A stretch of DNA of 64,000 nt, taken from the NCBI GenBank assembly GCA_963664305.2, contig CAXXLV010000001.1, positions 896,001 to 960,000 on the forward strand, given 5' to 3'. The translations under genes were made by a program, and so were the position numbers. The notes under the pieces were generated by a model. It did no database searches and was not told the DNA's origin. It worked only from the letters and a program-made list of their open reading frames with translations. How positions within the stretch are numbered: the first letter of the stretch is position 1; every line of letters begins with the position of its first letter. Below are positions 54,119-64,000 of the stretch, in pieces. The stretch comes from an uncultured Aliarcobacter sp. (GTDB lineage: Bacteria > Campylobacterota > Campylobacteria > Campylobacterales > Arcobacteraceae).

Positions 54119-55585
54119 ATGGCTAAAAATGAACTTGAAGAAGCGTTAGAACTTGTTGATTCAGAGATAAAAAAAGCTGGAATATCAAGAAGAGAGGCTT
54201 TTAAGTTAGCAGGATTAGGTAGTGCTGCATATTTAATGGGGACAAACACTGCAGAAGCTAATACTGAAGCAAAAGCTAGTGAAGCTACAGGGAAAATTGT
54301 TATAGTTGGAGGAGGATTAGCTGGTATTTCAACTGCAGCAAGATTAGTAAATACTTTATCAAATCCTGATATAACTATTATTGAGCCAAATCCAAAATCT
54401 GTAACTTATCAACCTGGAACTACATTAGTTGCATCTGGTCTTTATAAAAAAGAAGATGTAGATTATGATACAAAAGATTTTTTACCAAAAGGTGTAACTC
54501 TTTTAAAAGATAAAGCAGTGGATTTCAATCCTGAGTCAAATTCAATAGCTTTAGAATCTGGTGATACAATAACTTATGATTTTTTAGTTGTTGCAGCTGG
54601 TATTACATTAGACTATGGAGCAATTAAAGGATTTGAAGAAATCGGTGATGCATATACAGCTGGAGATGCTTCAAAAATATTAAAAGTATTTGGAGATTCA
54701 GGAATTACATCAGTTTACAATGTTGATTCTGCTGTTGCTATGTGGGAACAAATGCAAAAATTTATACAAAAAGCTAAAGATGGACAAAAAGTAAAAGGTA
54801 TATTTACAGACCCAAATACTGCAATAAAATGCGGTGGAGCACCTAAAAAAGTTATGTATTTAACAAATGCTAGATTAAATGAAGTAAAAGCTAGAGCAAA
54901 TGCTGAATTAACTTTTTATGCAGATAGTGGAAAATTATTTGGTGTAAAAGAGTATGCTGATGCAATTGAAAAACAATTTATTGCAAGAGATATGAAATGG
55001 AATTTTAACCACAATTTGGTTGGTGTAGATATTTCTAAAAAAATTGCTATATTTGACAAACACTGGCAAGAAAAAGGTGCATATGATAAAGATTTAGAAG
55101 AGTATGAAATGGTAACTAAACATCAAAATGTAGAAGTACCATTTGATTTCCTACACGTAACTCCTCCTCAAAAAGCTCCAGATGAAATTGGAAAATCTGC
55201 AATTGGTTCAGCAAAAGGTTGGGTACCAGTTGATAAAGAAACATTACAACACGTAAAATATAAAAATATCTTCTCTTTAGGTGATATTGCAGCTGTTCCT
55301 ATGGGAAAAACTGGTGGAACAGTTAGAAAACAATATAAAGTTTTAGTTGACAATTTAGTTTCTGTTATGGAAGGTAAAGAACCAACTGCAAAATTCGGTG
55401 GATACACAGTTTGTCCATTAATTACAGATATTGGAAAAGTTATGCTTGCAGAATTTGATTGGACAGCAAAACCAACTCCATCTTTTCCTCTTGATCCTAC
55501 ACAAGAAAGATATATTTGGTGGTTATTAAAAGTTTATTTATTAAAACCAATGACACAATATGGTATGTTAAGCGGTAAAGCATAG
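54119..55585 (+). CDS. Tat-exported sulfide:quinone oxidoreductase-like FAD oxidoreductase
   Basis: SRREAFK twin-Arg motif, VGGGLAG, YQPG, KCGGAP, GYTVCP, LAEF. Confidence 0.85.
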   Translation: MAKNELEEALELVDSEIKKAGISRREAFKLAGLGSAAYLMGTNTAEANTEAKASEATGKIVIVGGGLAGISTAARLVNTLSNPDITIIEPNPKSVTYQPGTTLVASGLYKKEDVDYDTKDFLPKGVTLLKDKAVDFNPESNSIALESGDTITYDFLVVAAGITLDYGAIKGFEEIGDAYTAGDASKILKVFGDSGITSVYNVDSAVAMWEQMQKFIQKAKDGQKVKGIFTDPNTAIKCGGAPKKVMYLTNARLNEVKARANAELTFYADSGKLFGVKEYADAIEKQFIARDMKWNFNHNLVGVDISKKIAIFDKHWQEKGAYDKDLEEYEMVTKHQNVEVPFDFLHVTPPQKAPDEIGKSAIGSAKGWVPVDKETLQHVKYKNIFSLGDIAAVPMGKTGGTVRKQYKVLVDNLVSVMEGKEPTAKFGGYTVCPLITDIGKVMLAEFDWTAKPTPSFPLDPTQERYIWWLLKVYLLKPMTQYGMLSGKA

Positions 55586-55593
55586 GCTTAATT

Positions 55594-55836
55594 TTGAAAA
55601 AAGAATTAACAATTTTTGTAAGCATTCTTATAGTTTTAACTGTAGGAATGCATTACAAAGAGTTTTTAAATCATCCTCTAGAGCAAATAATGAATTTAGA
55701 AAATTCTGGGGCTTATGGTTTAGGATTATTTCACCCTTTAGTATTTACATTTATTATTTATATTATAATTTTATTGCCGAGATTAGTTTTCAAATTATTT
55801 AAAAGGAAGTCTAATGAAAAGAGTTTTAAAAAATAG
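55594..55836 (+). CDS. Small 2-TM membrane protein
   Basis: TTG start; fills the gap between the SQR-like and rhodanese genes. Confidence 0.7.
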   Translation: MKKELTIFVSILIVLTVGMHYKEFLNHPLEQIMNLENSGAYGLGLFHPLVFTFIIYIIILLPRLVFKLFKRKSNEKSFKK

Positions 55837-57004
55837 TGTTTTGATTTCATTTCTATTATTTAATGGATTTGCTTATTCACAAGAAGCAGAAATATTAAAT
55901 AAACCAACAGAAGCAGTTTATGAATTAATCAAAAAAAGTAACTTAGAACAAGTTGATTTTGATTATGTAAAAAAAGCAATAGGTAATGGAAATAGAAATT
56001 CTGCAACATCAATATTAATTGATGCACGACCTGAACAGAAATATCAAAGAGGAACAATTCCTTCAAGTTTAAATATCCCAGATACAAATTTTGATGACTA
56101 TTATAAAGTTTTAAAAGAGATCCCAAAAGATAAAGAGATTATTGTATTTTGTGGAGGTTATAATTGTGTAAAAAGTCCAATTGTTGCCCAAAAATTAAAA
56201 GAAAAAGGTCATAAAAATGTAAAAGTTTATTCTGCAGGTGAACCAGAATGGGCTAAAAAAAGTTATTTAGAAATTGATACATCGGTTATTAAAGTATATC
56301 AAGAAAATAACTCAGCATTTATTGTTGATGCAAGACCTTATGTAAAATATCTGCAAGAAACGATTCCTGGAGCTATTTCAATTCCTGACACAGATTTAGA
56401 TAAATTAATAGGTAGATTTCCAATTAATAAAAATGAAAAGATAGTGATTTTCTGTGGTGGATTTAATTGTGAGAAATCACATATTGTTGCAAATAGATTA
56501 ATTTCTTTAGATTATAAAGATGTAACTGTTTATGCAGGAGGTCTTCCTCAATGGAAAGAATTAGGTCTTTCTACAACTACAGCTCCTAAAGTAAAAAAAG
56601 AAGAAAAAGCTGAGAAAAAAGACCAATTTAGTAAAAATGGACTAAAACTTGGTGTTGATGAGGGAAGTGTTGACGGAGAATGGTTAAAAAAATTTATTCT
56701 TGAAGACAAAGTACCAGAGTTTATCCAAATTGTTGATGTAACTGCTCCTAATGAGTTCAAAAATGGACATATTAAAGGTGCAATAAACATAGAAGCAAGT
56801 AAATTAACAGCTGATGAATTATTTAGTAAATTACCAAAAGGGAAAACTATCGTATTTAATTGTACAGCAGGTGGTAGATCTATTGAAGCATGGGCAAAAC
56901 TAAAAGCAAATAAATTTGATATTTCTGAAGTTTATTATCTTGATGCAAATATATCTTGTAAAGGTAATGATTGTAAAATTGAAGTAAATGAACCTTTAGA
57001 ATAA
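55814..57004 (+). CDS. Exported triple-rhodanese-domain protein
   Basis: Sec signal; IDAR...CGGYNC, VDAR...CGGFNC, VDV..EF..GHI.GA...CTAGGRS. Confidence 0.88.
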   Translation: MKRVLKNSVLISFLLFNGFAYSQEAEILNKPTEAVYELIKKSNLEQVDFDYVKKAIGNGNRNSATSILIDARPEQKYQRGTIPSSLNIPDTNFDDYYKVLKEIPKDKEIIVFCGGYNCVKSPIVAQKLKEKGHKNVKVYSAGEPEWAKKSYLEIDTSVIKVYQENNSAFIVDARPYVKYLQETIPGAISIPDTDLDKLIGRFPINKNEKIVIFCGGFNCEKSHIVANRLISLDYKDVTVYAGGLPQWKELGLSTTTAPKVKKEEKAEKKDQFSKNGLKLGVDEGSVDGEWLKKFILEDKVPEFIQIVDVTAPNEFKNGHIKGAINIEASKLTADELFSKLPKGKTIVFNCTAGGRSIEAWAKLKANKFDISEVYYLDANISCKGNDCKIEVNEPLE

Positions 57005-57029
57005 TAAAGTTTCAGTTTTTTATATATAA

Positions 57030-57063
57030 AAAAAGGGATAGAAGATTTCTTCTATCCCTTTTT
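57030..57063. terminator. Bidirectional terminator
   Basis: AAAAAGGGATAGAAG-ATTT-CTTCTATCCCTTTTT. Confidence 0.85.
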
Positions 57064-57081
57064 ATTTGTTTTGTTGCAAAT

Positions 57082-57438
57082 TTATTTTAGTGCAGCTTTA
57101 GCAGTAACTACTAATGATGCAAATGCAGCAGAATCATTCATAGCCATATCAGCTAAGATTTTTCTATCTAATTCTAAACCAGATAATTTTAATCCGTTCA
57201 TGAATCTTGAGTAGTTAATATCATTTAATCTACAAGCTGCATTGATTCTTATAATCCATAATTTTCTAATGTCTCTTTTTTTCTGTCTTCTATCTCTAAA
57301 AGCATAAACTAAAGATCTTTCTAATTGTTCCTTAGCTTTTCTAAAGTGTTTTCTTCTACCACTGAAGAATCCTCTAGCAGCTTTTAATACTTTTTTATGT
57401 CTTCTTCTTCTTACAACACCAGTTTTAACTCTAGGCAT
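57082..57438 (-). CDS. rplT: 50S ribosomal protein L20
   Basis: MPRVK, LWI.RINAA, LDRKILA. Confidence 0.99.
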   Translation of the reverse strand: MPRVKTGVVRRRRHKKVLKAARGFFSGRRKHFRKAKEQLERSLVYAFRDRRQKKRDIRKLWIIRINAACRLNDINYSRFMNGLKLSGLELDRKILADMAMNDSAAFASLVVTAKAALK

Positions 57439-57455
57439 ATATATTTCCTTTCTTT

Positions 57456-57543
57456 ACCATTATTTTTAATAAGGTGTCAGCATATGCTGAACTTATCCAT
57501 CATCGATGGAGGGACAAAAAATTACTTAATATTTTAAGTAATT
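57456..57543 (-). ncRNA. Candidate structured cis-regulatory RNA in the rpmI-rplT spacer
   Basis: Four consecutive hairpins, locally richer in GC than other spacers. Confidence 0.4.
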
Positions 57544-57739
57544 ACGCTTTACATAATGCTACAAGTATTCTTCCAGCATCTGTACTATGTACAGTTTTTG
57601 GTCCTCGTAGATTTCTTTTTCTTTTTTGAGTCATTTTAGTTAAGATATGGCTTCTGAAAGCAGAACCTCTTTTGATTGACCCGTTTTTCTTCACTTTAAA
57701 TCTTTTTAAAGCGCCACTAACACTTTTCATTTTTGGCAT
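57542..57739 (-). CDS. rpmI: 50S ribosomal protein L35
   Basis: MPKMK....KRFK, HIL.K...KRKR.LR. Confidence 0.98.
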   Translation of the reverse strand: MPKMKSVSGALKRFKVKKNGSIKRGSAFRSHILTKMTQKRKRNLRGPKTVHSTDAGRILVALCKA

Positions 57740-57848
57740 TTGAAGAATCCTCCTTATAAATTTGCATTTTCATTAAATTATGAAAAAGTTTTGGATTATA
57801 CTTAAAAATAGTTTAGTTTAAGTTTAAATAAATAAAAGTTTTAGGGAG

Positions 57849-57871
57849 AAGAAGAGAAAAAATCTCTTCTT
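57849..57871 (-). terminator. Hairpin after infC
   Basis: AAGAAGAGA-AAAAA-TCTCTTCTT. Confidence 0.55.
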
Positions 57872-57883
57872 TAAATTTGAGTG

Positions 57884-58411
57884 TTAGTCTTTTTTAGGAA
57901 GAACTAATAAGTTTACGTATCTTCCTTCTAGTTTTGGTTCTTTATCCATTACAGCAACATCTTCTAGCATAGGCCAAATTTTGTTTAAAACTTCAATACC
58001 AGATTGTGGGTTAGCCATTTCTCTACCTTTTAGAAAAACTCTAAATTTTACATGGTTCCCTTCATCTAAAAATTCTCTTGCATGTTTTACTTTGTAATTA
58101 ATATCATTTTCTGCAATTTTAACAGAAAGTTTGATCTCTTTAATTACAATAACTTTTTGATTCTTTTTTGCTTCTTTTTTCTTTTTTTCTTGTTGGTATC
58201 TGAATTTACCATAATCCATGATTTTAGCAACTGGTGGTTTAGCATCTGGTGCTATTAATACTAAATCTAAACCCATTTCATCTGCAAGGCTTAATGCATC
58301 AGCAGTGCTTATAATTCCATGATTAGTTCCATCATCACTAGTACATCTAACTTCTTTAGCTGTAATCATTTCATTCATGATTACATCATCTTTTCTTTTG
58401 TCTTTACTCAA
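57884..58411 (-). CDS. infC: Translation initiation factor IF-3
   Basis: [26 protein letters not shown] start overlaps the thrS stop. Confidence 0.98.
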   Translation of the reverse strand: MSKDKRKDDVIMNEMITAKEVRCTSDDGTNHGIISTADALSLADEMGLDLVLIAPDAKPPVAKIMDYGKFRYQQEKKKKEAKKNQKVIVIKEIKLSVKIAENDINYKVKHAREFLDEGNHVKFRVFLKGREMANPQSGIEVLNKIWPMLEDVAVMDKEPKLEGRYVNLLVLPKKD

Positions 58412-60216
58412 ATTTTGCTCCCGTTTTTGATTTCATTTAGCATAGTGATGAATTCATCTTTGCTCATGTTTGATTGTTCTCTAGTTCTTCTATTTCTTAA
58501 TGCTACAGATTTATTAGCTACTTCTTCATCTCCAATAACAACTATCATCGGAACTCTTTGTTTTTCAGCCATTCTGATTCTTTTGTTTAAACTTTCGTTC
58601 ATATTGTAAATTTCAGAATCCATATCATTTTCTAATAAACATTTTTGTAATTCTTTAGCATATTCTACATGAGTATCTGCAATTGGTACAAAAATTACTT
58701 GAGTTGGAGCAATTATAAATGGGAATTCTCCAGCACAATGTTCAGTTAAAATTCCAATAAATCTTTCAAATGAACCTAAAATTGCTCTATGAATCATAAC
58801 AGGTTGTTCTTTTTCACCTTTTTCATTTATGTATTCAACTTCAAATCTTGAAGGTAAGTTCATATCAACTTGAACTGTTCCACATTGCCATTTTCTTCCA
58901 ATAGCATCAAGAATTTTAATATCAATTTTTGGTCCATAGAAAGCTCCACCACCTTCATCAATTCCATATGATATATTGTTTTCATCTAAGGCATCCATAA
59001 TACCTTTTGTTGTTTTTTCCCAGAAAATATCATCACCAATAGCTTTTTCAGGTTTTGTAGAAACTTCAATTTCATATTTAAAATCAAAAACTTTTAATAA
59101 AGTATCAACAAATTCTAATACTTCAAAAATTACTTGTTTTATTTGGTCTTGTGTACAAAAAATATGTGAATCATCTTGAGTAAATTCTCTTACTCTAAAT
59201 AATCCATGCATTGCACCACTCATTTCATGTCTATGAACAACACCATATTCAAAAAGTTTTTTTGGTAGTTCTTTATATGAAACTAGATTGTTTTTAAATA
59301 TTTGAATGTGTCCAACACAGTTCATTGGTTTAATACCATACTCTTGGTCATCAATAGTAGTAAAATACATATTTTCTTTATAGTTTGCATAGTGACCAGA
59401 TATTTTCCACATTTCAGCTTTTAAAATTTCTGGACCTCTAACAGGTTCATAACCTCTTATTCTATGAGCTTTATATAAAAGATGTTCTAATTTACTTCTT
59501 AATCTTGCACCTTTTGGTAACCACATAGGAAGACCAGCACCTACATCATCGTTAAATGTAAATAGTTCTAATTCTGTTCCTAATTTTCTATGGTCTCTTT
59601 TTTTAGCTTCTTCAAGCATTTTTGTATAATCAAAAAGTGCTTGTTTATCAAAGAATGCAATTCCATAGATTCTTGTAATCATTTCATTCTTTTCATCACC
59701 ACCAAGATAAGCTCCAGCTACTCTTGTTAATTTGAAACTTCTAATCATTCTTGTATTTGGTAAGTGAGGACCTCTACATAAATCTTCAAAATCACCTTGT
59801 TTATAAATTGTTAGAGTTTTATCTTTGATATTTTTAAGAACAGCTTGTTTTAATTCATCATTTTTGAACTTTTCGAAGAATTCTTCTTTTGAGGTTTCAT
59901 GTCTTGTGATAGGAAGTTTTCTATCAGCGATTTCTTTCATTTTCTTTTCAATAGTAGATAAATCGTCATCTGAAATTTTACTCTCTACTTTGAAGTCATA
60001 GTAAAAGCCTTCTTTTACAACAGGTCCAACGAAGAATTTTGCTTCAGGATAAAGTTCTTTGATAGCTTGAGCCATTAAGTGAGCACATGAGTGTCTTAAA
60101 ATATCTAAAGATTCTTTTGAATCATCAGCTTTAATCTCTTCTCCTTGGATATTTAACGCTTCTGCAGTTTGAAGGTCATAAATTTGACCATCTTTTAATA
60201 TACCAATAGGTTCCAA
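58408..60216 (-). CDS. thrS: Threonine--tRNA ligase
   Basis: RHSCAH, DLCRGPH, RDHRKLG, KPMNC, FYGPKID. Confidence 0.98.
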   Translation of the reverse strand: MEPIGILKDGQIYDLQTAEALNIQGEEIKADDSKESLDILRHSCAHLMAQAIKELYPEAKFFVGPVVKEGFYYDFKVESKISDDDLSTIEKKMKEIADRKLPITRHETSKEEFFEKFKNDELKQAVLKNIKDKTLTIYKQGDFEDLCRGPHLPNTRMIRSFKLTRVAGAYLGGDEKNEMITRIYGIAFFDKQALFDYTKMLEEAKKRDHRKLGTELELFTFNDDVGAGLPMWLPKGARLRSKLEHLLYKAHRIRGYEPVRGPEILKAEMWKISGHYANYKENMYFTTIDDQEYGIKPMNCVGHIQIFKNNLVSYKELPKKLFEYGVVHRHEMSGAMHGLFRVREFTQDDSHIFCTQDQIKQVIFEVLEFVDTLLKVFDFKYEIEVSTKPEKAIGDDIFWEKTTKGIMDALDENNISYGIDEGGGAFYGPKIDIKILDAIGRKWQCGTVQVDMNLPSRFEVEYINEKGEKEQPVMIHRAILGSFERFIGILTEHCAGEFPFIIAPTQVIFVPIADTHVEYAKELQKCLLENDMDSEIYNMNESLNKRIRMAEKQRVPMIVVIGDEEVANKSVALRNRRTREQSNMSKDEFITMLNEIKNGSKI

Positions 60217-60326
60217 TAATTTCCTTTTTTTCTTAATTATTTATTAAATTATGCCTATTTTACCTCAAACTGACTTAAAGTTATTAAGATATGACTTAAT
60301 TTAGTGAAATTTCGTTACAATTAGAC

Positions 60327-60845
60327 ATGATTTTAAACGTATCTAAAATAAAAACAGAAAGCTTATTGTTATTTTGCAAAGATTTGATTTTATCGTATAA
60401 AGATAAGGTTGATGTAAATGATTATGGTATGGATAAAGAGGTAATTGAGAAATTTAATAATATTGGAAATGATATGTTAAAACAAATTTTAAATGTTACT
60501 TTTCCAGAAAAATATTATTTACAAAATAGAAAGCATTACAGAATTAAAGCAGTTTTAGATGGATATAATTTTATAAATAATGAGATATCTAAAAGTTTAA
60601 AAGAGAATGAAGCCTTTAATCCTTCTATGTTGTATTTTTCACTACTTGCAGTGTGGTTTAAAGAATTAAATAAAGAATCACGTTCAAAAGAGTATATCTT
60701 TTTTCTTTTGTATCCTTATTCACAAGTTTATGATAAATTGCTTGTTGAAATTAAAAATAAAGAATTTAGGACTTTAAATATTAAAATGATTGAGCTTGCA
60801 GAAAATGTAATTTACAAGCTTGACAAATATAATTTTGGAAAATAA
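60327..60845 (+). CDS. Hypothetical protein
   Basis: 172-aa ORF; no SD, TACAAT 5 nt before ATG. Confidence 0.7.
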   Translation: MILNVSKIKTESLLLFCKDLILSYKDKVDVNDYGMDKEVIEKFNNIGNDMLKQILNVTFPEKYYLQNRKHYRIKAVLDGYNFINNEISKSLKENEAFNPSMLYFSLLAVWFKELNKESRSKEYIFFLLYPYSQVYDKLLVEIKNKEFRTLNIKMIELAENVIYKLDKYNFGK

Positions 60846-60868
60846 AAGAGGCTAGCCTCTTTTATTTT
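60839..60868. terminator. Perfect 30-bp palindrome, probable bidirectional terminator
   Basis: AAAATAAAAGAGGCTAGCCTCTTTTATTTT. Confidence 0.85.
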
Positions 60869-62442
60869 TAGAATTTATATCTCATATATGCTCTAACGTC
60901 TTGAGCTTCTTCTACTGGATTTTGTCCTGCATTTTGTGCTTCTGACATTGTCATAGGTGTTCCATCTGCTCCAAAGAATGAATTTGAACCAGTATAATCG
61001 TATTTCATTAATACATAACTAACTCCAAAACTTAATGCATCAGTTAGTTTTTGAGTTCTATAAACTTCCCAAGCTTGACCACGAGTTGCTATTTTACTTC
61101 CAGCATATGTATCTTCGCCATATGTCATAGAACGCCAGTATTTACTTCCTTTATTCCATTCAAATCCAATTTTTGCAACATCAGGAGTTATAGGACAAGG
61201 TGCATTTATTCCTAACCAAACAGAAGTTCCTGTTTCAGAATCAGTTGAACCTAACATTCCTAAAGAATTAGGATTTGTTTTACTCATAGCAAATGAAGCA
61301 AATGCTGTAGTATTATCTAAATAATCAGATATACCATCACCAATTCCTTCTGTTTTAAATAATATTGTTGCAAAATCAATATCTCCAACATCTTTAAATG
61401 ATAAATTCCCATATGCATCCATAATTTGAGAAGGAGTAGTTGCCGATTGCATTGCTGTTTGATACGCACCTAATTGAGTATTTGTAAAACCAATTAAGTT
61501 CCATGCCCTTGCATAATTCATATGAACAGAATATTGTCCATCATCATAAGGTGCTGCAATAAATCCTAACATGTCAACATCTACATTTTTATCATCATCT
61601 GATGCATAAGATGTCCCTGCAAAGTCAAATCTTGGTTTTGCATTTGTTAAACCTCTTCCTCCACAGATTTTAAACCAAGAACCCGTAAGTCCTGTTAAAC
61701 TTTGAGTATCAAATTTGATTGAGAAACCGTCAAATTCAACATCAACAACATGAGACAATGGAGAGTTTGGTTGTTGGTCATTTCTAATATTAATAGGTAA
61801 TCCATCAGTTGAAGGACGTCTTCCTACAGATACAGCCCATGGAACATCAGACCCAAAAAGTTTTTCTTGTGTATATAACCAATAAGCTTCTTTTAGTTTT
61901 ATAGTATTATCTGTAGCATTTTCATTTGTAACCCAATCAAAATCAGCATAACCTGGATTTGTATTTGATTGAGAGTGATTTGCTGTATCTCCAAATGCTT
62001 TATTATAAGATAATTTCCCATGGAAAGAAGAGTTATCATCAGCTTTATATTTTGCACCAAGCCATAATCTGTTTGTTAAAAGTGCATTGTTTTCAGATTT
62101 TGAACCATCTGCATGTTTATATTGAATATTATCAACTTGTGTTCTAAAATCAACGTCCCATTTTAAGTTATCTTGTGCACTTTGAATTTTTGCAGTTGTT
62201 GCAGTTTTAGATACTGAGTCTAGTTTTTTCTCAATTTTTTCAATTCTTTTTTCATCAACTGTTGTTACAGCTGGTGTTTGTGTTTGTTGTTTTGCTTCTT
62301 GTTCAGCAACTTTTTTTTCTAAAGCTTCAATTTGTGCTTTTAAGGCTTGAATTTGGTTAAGCATTTCTTTGTTCATATCACTAGCAAAAGATGTAGTTGT
62401 TAACGCAGCAACTACAGATAATGCAATTAAATTTCTTTTCAT
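60868..62442 (-). CDS. DUF3373-like outer-membrane beta-barrel protein
   Basis: Signal peptide, N-terminal coiled coil, NRLWL, GRRPSTDG, C-terminal Y.RYKF. Confidence 0.8.
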   Translation of the reverse strand: MKRNLIALSVVAALTTTSFASDMNKEMLNQIQALKAQIEALEKKVAEQEAKQQTQTPAVTTVDEKRIEKIEKKLDSVSKTATTAKIQSAQDNLKWDVDFRTQVDNIQYKHADGSKSENNALLTNRLWLGAKYKADDNSSFHGKLSYNKAFGDTANHSQSNTNPGYADFDWVTNENATDNTIKLKEAYWLYTQEKLFGSDVPWAVSVGRRPSTDGLPINIRNDQQPNSPLSHVVDVEFDGFSIKFDTQSLTGLTGSWFKICGGRGLTNAKPRFDFAGTSYASDDDKNVDVDMLGFIAAPYDDGQYSVHMNYARAWNLIGFTNTQLGAYQTAMQSATTPSQIMDAYGNLSFKDVGDIDFATILFKTEGIGDGISDYLDNTTAFASFAMSKTNPNSLGMLGSTDSETGTSVWLGINAPCPITPDVAKIGFEWNKGSKYWRSMTYGEDTYAGSKIATRGQAWEVYRTQKLTDALSFGVSYVLMKYDYTGSNSFFGADGTPMTMSEAQNAGQNPVEEAQDVRAYMRYKF

Positions 62443-62495
62443 GTTAATCCTTTTTATTAACTTTATTAAAGTATAACTTTTTATAAAGCATTAAA

Positions 62496-62520
62496 AAAGG
62501 GTGAATTAATTCCACCCTTT
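62496..62520 (-). terminator. Intrinsic terminator
   Basis: AAAGGGTG-N9-CACCCTTT with a T6 tail on the minus strand. Confidence 0.75.
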
Positions 62521-62548
62521 AAAACAAATAAATTCTAAATCATCGCTT

Positions 62549-62869
62549 TTAGCAAGATGGAACATTTCCAGAATCACTTGCAAATTCAACTGAAAAATCA
62601 AATATATGTTCAATTGCAGATTCTTTAACATCACCAGCTTTTACATTTGGACAAATTTTAATAATTTCATCTTCAAATTTTCCAGACTCTTTTATTTGTT
62701 TCCATTCTTCTTGAGTATGTTTTGCAGCAAATTTTGCTCCTGTCATACCACAAGGTTCTTTTAGTAATTTACTAAAATACTTTTGTCCTTTTACTGCATC
62801 AGCAGATAAAGATGTAGATGCTACACTTAGAGCTAATGTGCTTGCAATAACTAGTTTTAATAATTTCAT
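62549..62869 (-). CDS. Small exported cytochrome-c-like protein without CxxCH
   Basis: Signal peptide, ADAVKGQKYF start, three isolated Cys. Confidence 0.7.
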   Translation of the reverse strand: MKLLKLVIASTLALSVASTSLSADAVKGQKYFSKLLKEPCGMTGAKFAAKHTQEEWKQIKESGKFEDEIIKICPNVKAGDVKESAIEHIFDFSVEFASDSGNVPSC

Positions 62870-62956
62870 ATTATACTCCCTAATGAAAAATTAGATACAA
62901 TTATATCTAATGTATATAAAAGAATTCTTAGAAAATTATAAAAAAAGTGAATTAAA

Positions 62957-64000
62957 ATGAAATATTTTTTACTAAAAGAAATAGTTAGTTATTTAAAAGA
63001 AAATGCCCAAATAATCAAGTCTATAAGGAGAATAGATAACAATTTAATTATAACAGAATTTAATAATAAAAATATTTTGTATTTTGATGTTTCTAAAGGA
63101 AATGCAACAATTTTTAAACATAAAAAAATTTTATCATCAAAAAAAGATTTTAATGCACCTTTTGATGTTACTCTACAAAAAAGGTTTTCTAATTCTAAAA
63201 TAGAAAATATTGAACTATATAATGATGATAAAATTTTAAATATAAAAGTTAATTCTTCATCTTCTTATAAAAAGTTGACAACAATTTTACAATTAGAATT
63301 TACTGGAAAACACACAAATATTATTATTTTAGATGAAAATAGAATAGTTATAGAAGCATTAAGGCATGTTGATGAATATTCATCAAGTAGAGTTGTAAAA
63401 GTAGGACATAAATTAGAAGAAATACCTAAACAAAATTTTGTACCAAAAATGGAAGTTATACCAAATATTGAAGAGTATTTGTATGAAATTTATGAAAAAA
63501 GAGAATTAGAAAATCTTGAAAATCTGAAAAAACAAAAAATTTCATTGATAGAAAAAAAGGCAAAAAAACTAAAATCTACAATAGATGCATTACCTAAAAA
63601 AGAAGAATTAGAACTTGAATCAAATAGTTTATATGAAAAAGCAAATTTGATTTTATCAAATTTACATAATCTAAAAGCATATCAAAAAAGTTTTAAAGTT
63701 TATAATTATGAAGGTGTTGAAGTTGAAATCGATTTAGAAGGAAAAGCAAGTGCTTCAAAATATTCAAATGATTTATTTAAAAAAGCAAAAAGAGCAAAAC
63801 AAAAAGCCTTGAATATTTCTTTAGAAAAAGATAATTTAAGTGAAAAACTAGAGTTTTTACTTAGATTAATACAAAATATCAAAAATGTTAATTCTTTAGA
63901 AGAGTGTGAATTTTTATATCCTAAAAAAGAAAAAAATCAAACAAAAACAAAAAAATCTCAGCAGTGTGAGAGTTTCTTTTTTGAAGGTTATAAAATAATG
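62957..64000 (+). CDS. NFACT/RqcH (FbpA-like) protein, truncated by window end
   Basis: Manual translation MKYFLLKE...NAPFD...NDDKIL...LQLEFTGKHTNIIILDE...EALRH. Confidence 0.82.
   Translation, partial: MKYFLLKEIVSYLKENAQIIKSIRRIDNNLIITEFNNKNILYFDVSKGNATIFKHKKILSSKKDFNAPFDVTLQKRFSNSKIENIELYNDDKILNIKVNSSSSYKKLTTILQLEFTGKHTNIIILDENRIVIEALRHVDEYSSSRVVKVGHKLEEIPKQNFVPKMEVIPNIEEYLYEIYEKRELENLENLKKQKISLIEKKAKKLKSTIDALPKKEELELESNSLYEKANLILSNLHNLKAYQKSFKVYNYEGVEVEIDLEGKASASKYSNDLFKKAKRAKQKALNISLEKDNLSEKLEFLLRLIQNIKNVNSLEECEFLYPKKEKNQTKTKKSQQCESFFFEGYKIM

Noticed and set aside
58408..58420. ATT start codon for infC as in E. coli
   Set aside because: The nearby ATT is in the thrS frame; the in-frame start is TTG with a GGAG SD

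Overview
Very AT-rich bacterial chromosome segment. Gene content and protein sequences point to Campylobacterota, most likely Arcobacteraceae (inference; no search run). It is densely packed core genome: ispDF, thiC, mrp, hisIE, ilvE, ribA, metH, luxS, an MlaE/F/D+PqiC-like ABC system, four-subunit pyruvate:ferredoxin/flavodoxin oxidoreductase, rplM-rpsI, a phosphate locus (pstS, EAL-GGDEF gene, pstCAB, phoU, psiE, phoB/phoR-like), prfA, rpsT, glmM-lspA, leuC, mobA, a Tat-exported SQR-like flavoprotein with a triple rhodanese, thrS-infC-rpmI-rplT, a DUF3373-like outer-membrane protein and a partial NFACT gene. I saw no rRNA, tRNA, CRISPR array, transposase or prophage, and no clearly novel multi-gene system. 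The best signals are regulatory: (1) the same GTAACC-N5-GTAACC repeat 9 nt upstream of a -10 box before both pstS and pstC, flanking a c-di-GMP gene with a 23-bp leader hairpin; (2) a shared TGCAAsTAAGTTGCA palindrome 13 nt upstream of TGTTATAAT at two unrelated genes; (3) a probable ATA start codon for a sensor kinase; (4) three leaderless-mRNA candidates; (5) a structured rpmI-rplT spacer; (6) loopless 28-30 bp palindromes at convergent gene ends. All product calls come from motif recognition by eye.
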